DNA from: Scyliorhinus canicula
Lineage: Eukaryota
Length of the DNA stretch: 64,000 nucleotides
Assembly: GCF_902713615.1 (NCBI RefSeq)
Contig: NC_052162.1
Coordinates: 120,641,727-120,705,726 of the forward strand
Reading direction: 5' to 3'
Part shown: positions 62,661 through 64,000 of the stretch, one piece after another
Numbering within the stretch: the stretch's first letter is position 1
Layout: each line of letters begins with the position of its first letter
Position numbers and translations under genes: made by a program
The notes under the pieces: generated by a model
The model's database searches: none
What the model saw: only the letters and a program-made list of their open reading frames with translations
Told to the model about the DNA's origin: nothing

Positions 62661-64000
62661 GTTTATTCTCCATTTTCACATTTTGTTCAAAATTTACACC
62701 TCACCCACAGACAGTAAACGGTAACAAATACAAAGTCAGTTCCCTTATCAACAACAACGATCCCATCCTCCCACCACCCCAAACAACGACCCTCCTGGCA
62801 ATATAAGCATCAAATACAACAAACCCTCCCACAGCGGGATAATCCAAGGAGTAAAAAACCCAAAAAGAATCAGGAATCGCCTATGGACACCGTTGACCGA
62901 TAGAGTCCACCCCCCCACCCCCTAACATTCATTGCCATCCAAACCCCGAAAGAGCACTGTACATGACACCCACGCATTGTGTGCCCTCCCCCCTTCCCGA
63001 CTCCTCCCCTCCACTTCCTTTCACAAAAACCCTCCCCCCATCCTCTGTTCCCCCCCCCCCCCAACTTTCCATCCCGGCTTGACTCATCGGGACCTGCTCT
63101 GCCGGGCTCCGATGGCCGCAGCCCCTCCCCGACCTCCCTCTGTTCACTGGCCGGTCATGGCGGCCCCCGCCCAGGTCCCTTTCTCCCTTGCCAGGTCCCA
63201 GGAAAACCAAGAACTCCCATTTAGCACACAGACCCCACATACACACCCAAGCCCCAAAGAACCATCATTGCAAGCGAAAGTCCCATCTCTTCCCTTGTCC
63301 AAGTATATATAACGTTAGCTCATTTAGCACATACACCAACCTCAGTGAAAAAATACAGCTACATGAGGCTACATCGATACATGTCCACTTCTTAATTCAG
63401 CCACAGTCCTTCTGCCTTCGCAAACCCCTCCGCTGCTTCCACCGTCCAGAAATAAAAGTCCTTGCATCAATGATTACCCTCAACTTAGCTGGATATACTA
63501 TGCCGCACTGCACCCTATTGATGTACAATGCCTTCTTCACCCGGCTGAAGGCAGCCCGCCTCCTCTCCAGCTCCACCGTGTAGTCCTGATATATGCGTAT
63601 ACCAGCTCCAGCCCACTGCATCACCCGCTTCTGCTTTGCCCAGCACAGGACCTTCTCCTTCACGCTGTACCTTCAAAAACACAAAGTTACTACTCTTGGT
63701 GGCTCACTCTCCTTTGGTACGGGCCTTCACGACCGGTGAGCCCGATCCAGTTCATATCGGGAGGGATCATCTCCCTCCCCCAATAGCTTCGCCAACATTG
63801 TGGCAAAATACTCAGTCAGTCTCGGGCCTTCAACTCCTTCAGGAAGACCCACAATCCTCAGATTCTGACGCCTGGATCTGTTTTCCAAGTCGTCCATTTT
63901 GGCTCGCAGATCCTTGTTGGTCTCTATCACCTTCCGCAGCTCCTTCCCCATTGCGGTAATTTGATCACCGTTCTGCAATAATGTCTCTTCCACTTCCTTC
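62660..64000 (-). mobile_element. L1 ORF1 and inter-ORF region (continues off window)
   Basis: DLENRSRRQNLRIVGLPEGVE...ELDRAHRS; IRIYQDY...YPAKLRV. Confidence 0.85.

Overview
This is vertebrate genomic DNA, almost certainly a cartilaginous fish: it carries HE1-like V-SINEs and HER1/CR1-like LINEs. Catshark is a guess. The window is a cluster of paralogous C2H2 zinc-finger genes with no visible effector domain, embedded in very dense transposon debris. There are five genes with open finger arrays (labelled ZNF-A, B, E, F, H; A runs off the left edge) and at least four pseudogenes or fragments. All are built on one repeated cassette: a GC-rich bidirectional promoter (NRF1, YY1, CCAAT, ETS motifs), small non-coding exons, and one terminal exon. 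In that exon the 5'UTR is made of fossil zinc fingers with a conserved 11-codon uORF and a conserved in-frame TGA 39 nt before the MEK(P/R)WKC start. Several head-to-head partners have lost their promoter or body at deletion or SINE breakpoints. Mobile elements include a near-complete Buster/SPIN-type hAT transposon with mismatched target flanks, plus CR1, L1, Tx1, Rex1, RTE and Penelope fragments (one with a minimal hammerhead ribozyme motif). V-SINE bodies occur with three different 3' tails. No rRNA, true tRNA or CRISPR features were seen. Repeat boundaries are read by eye and are approximate.
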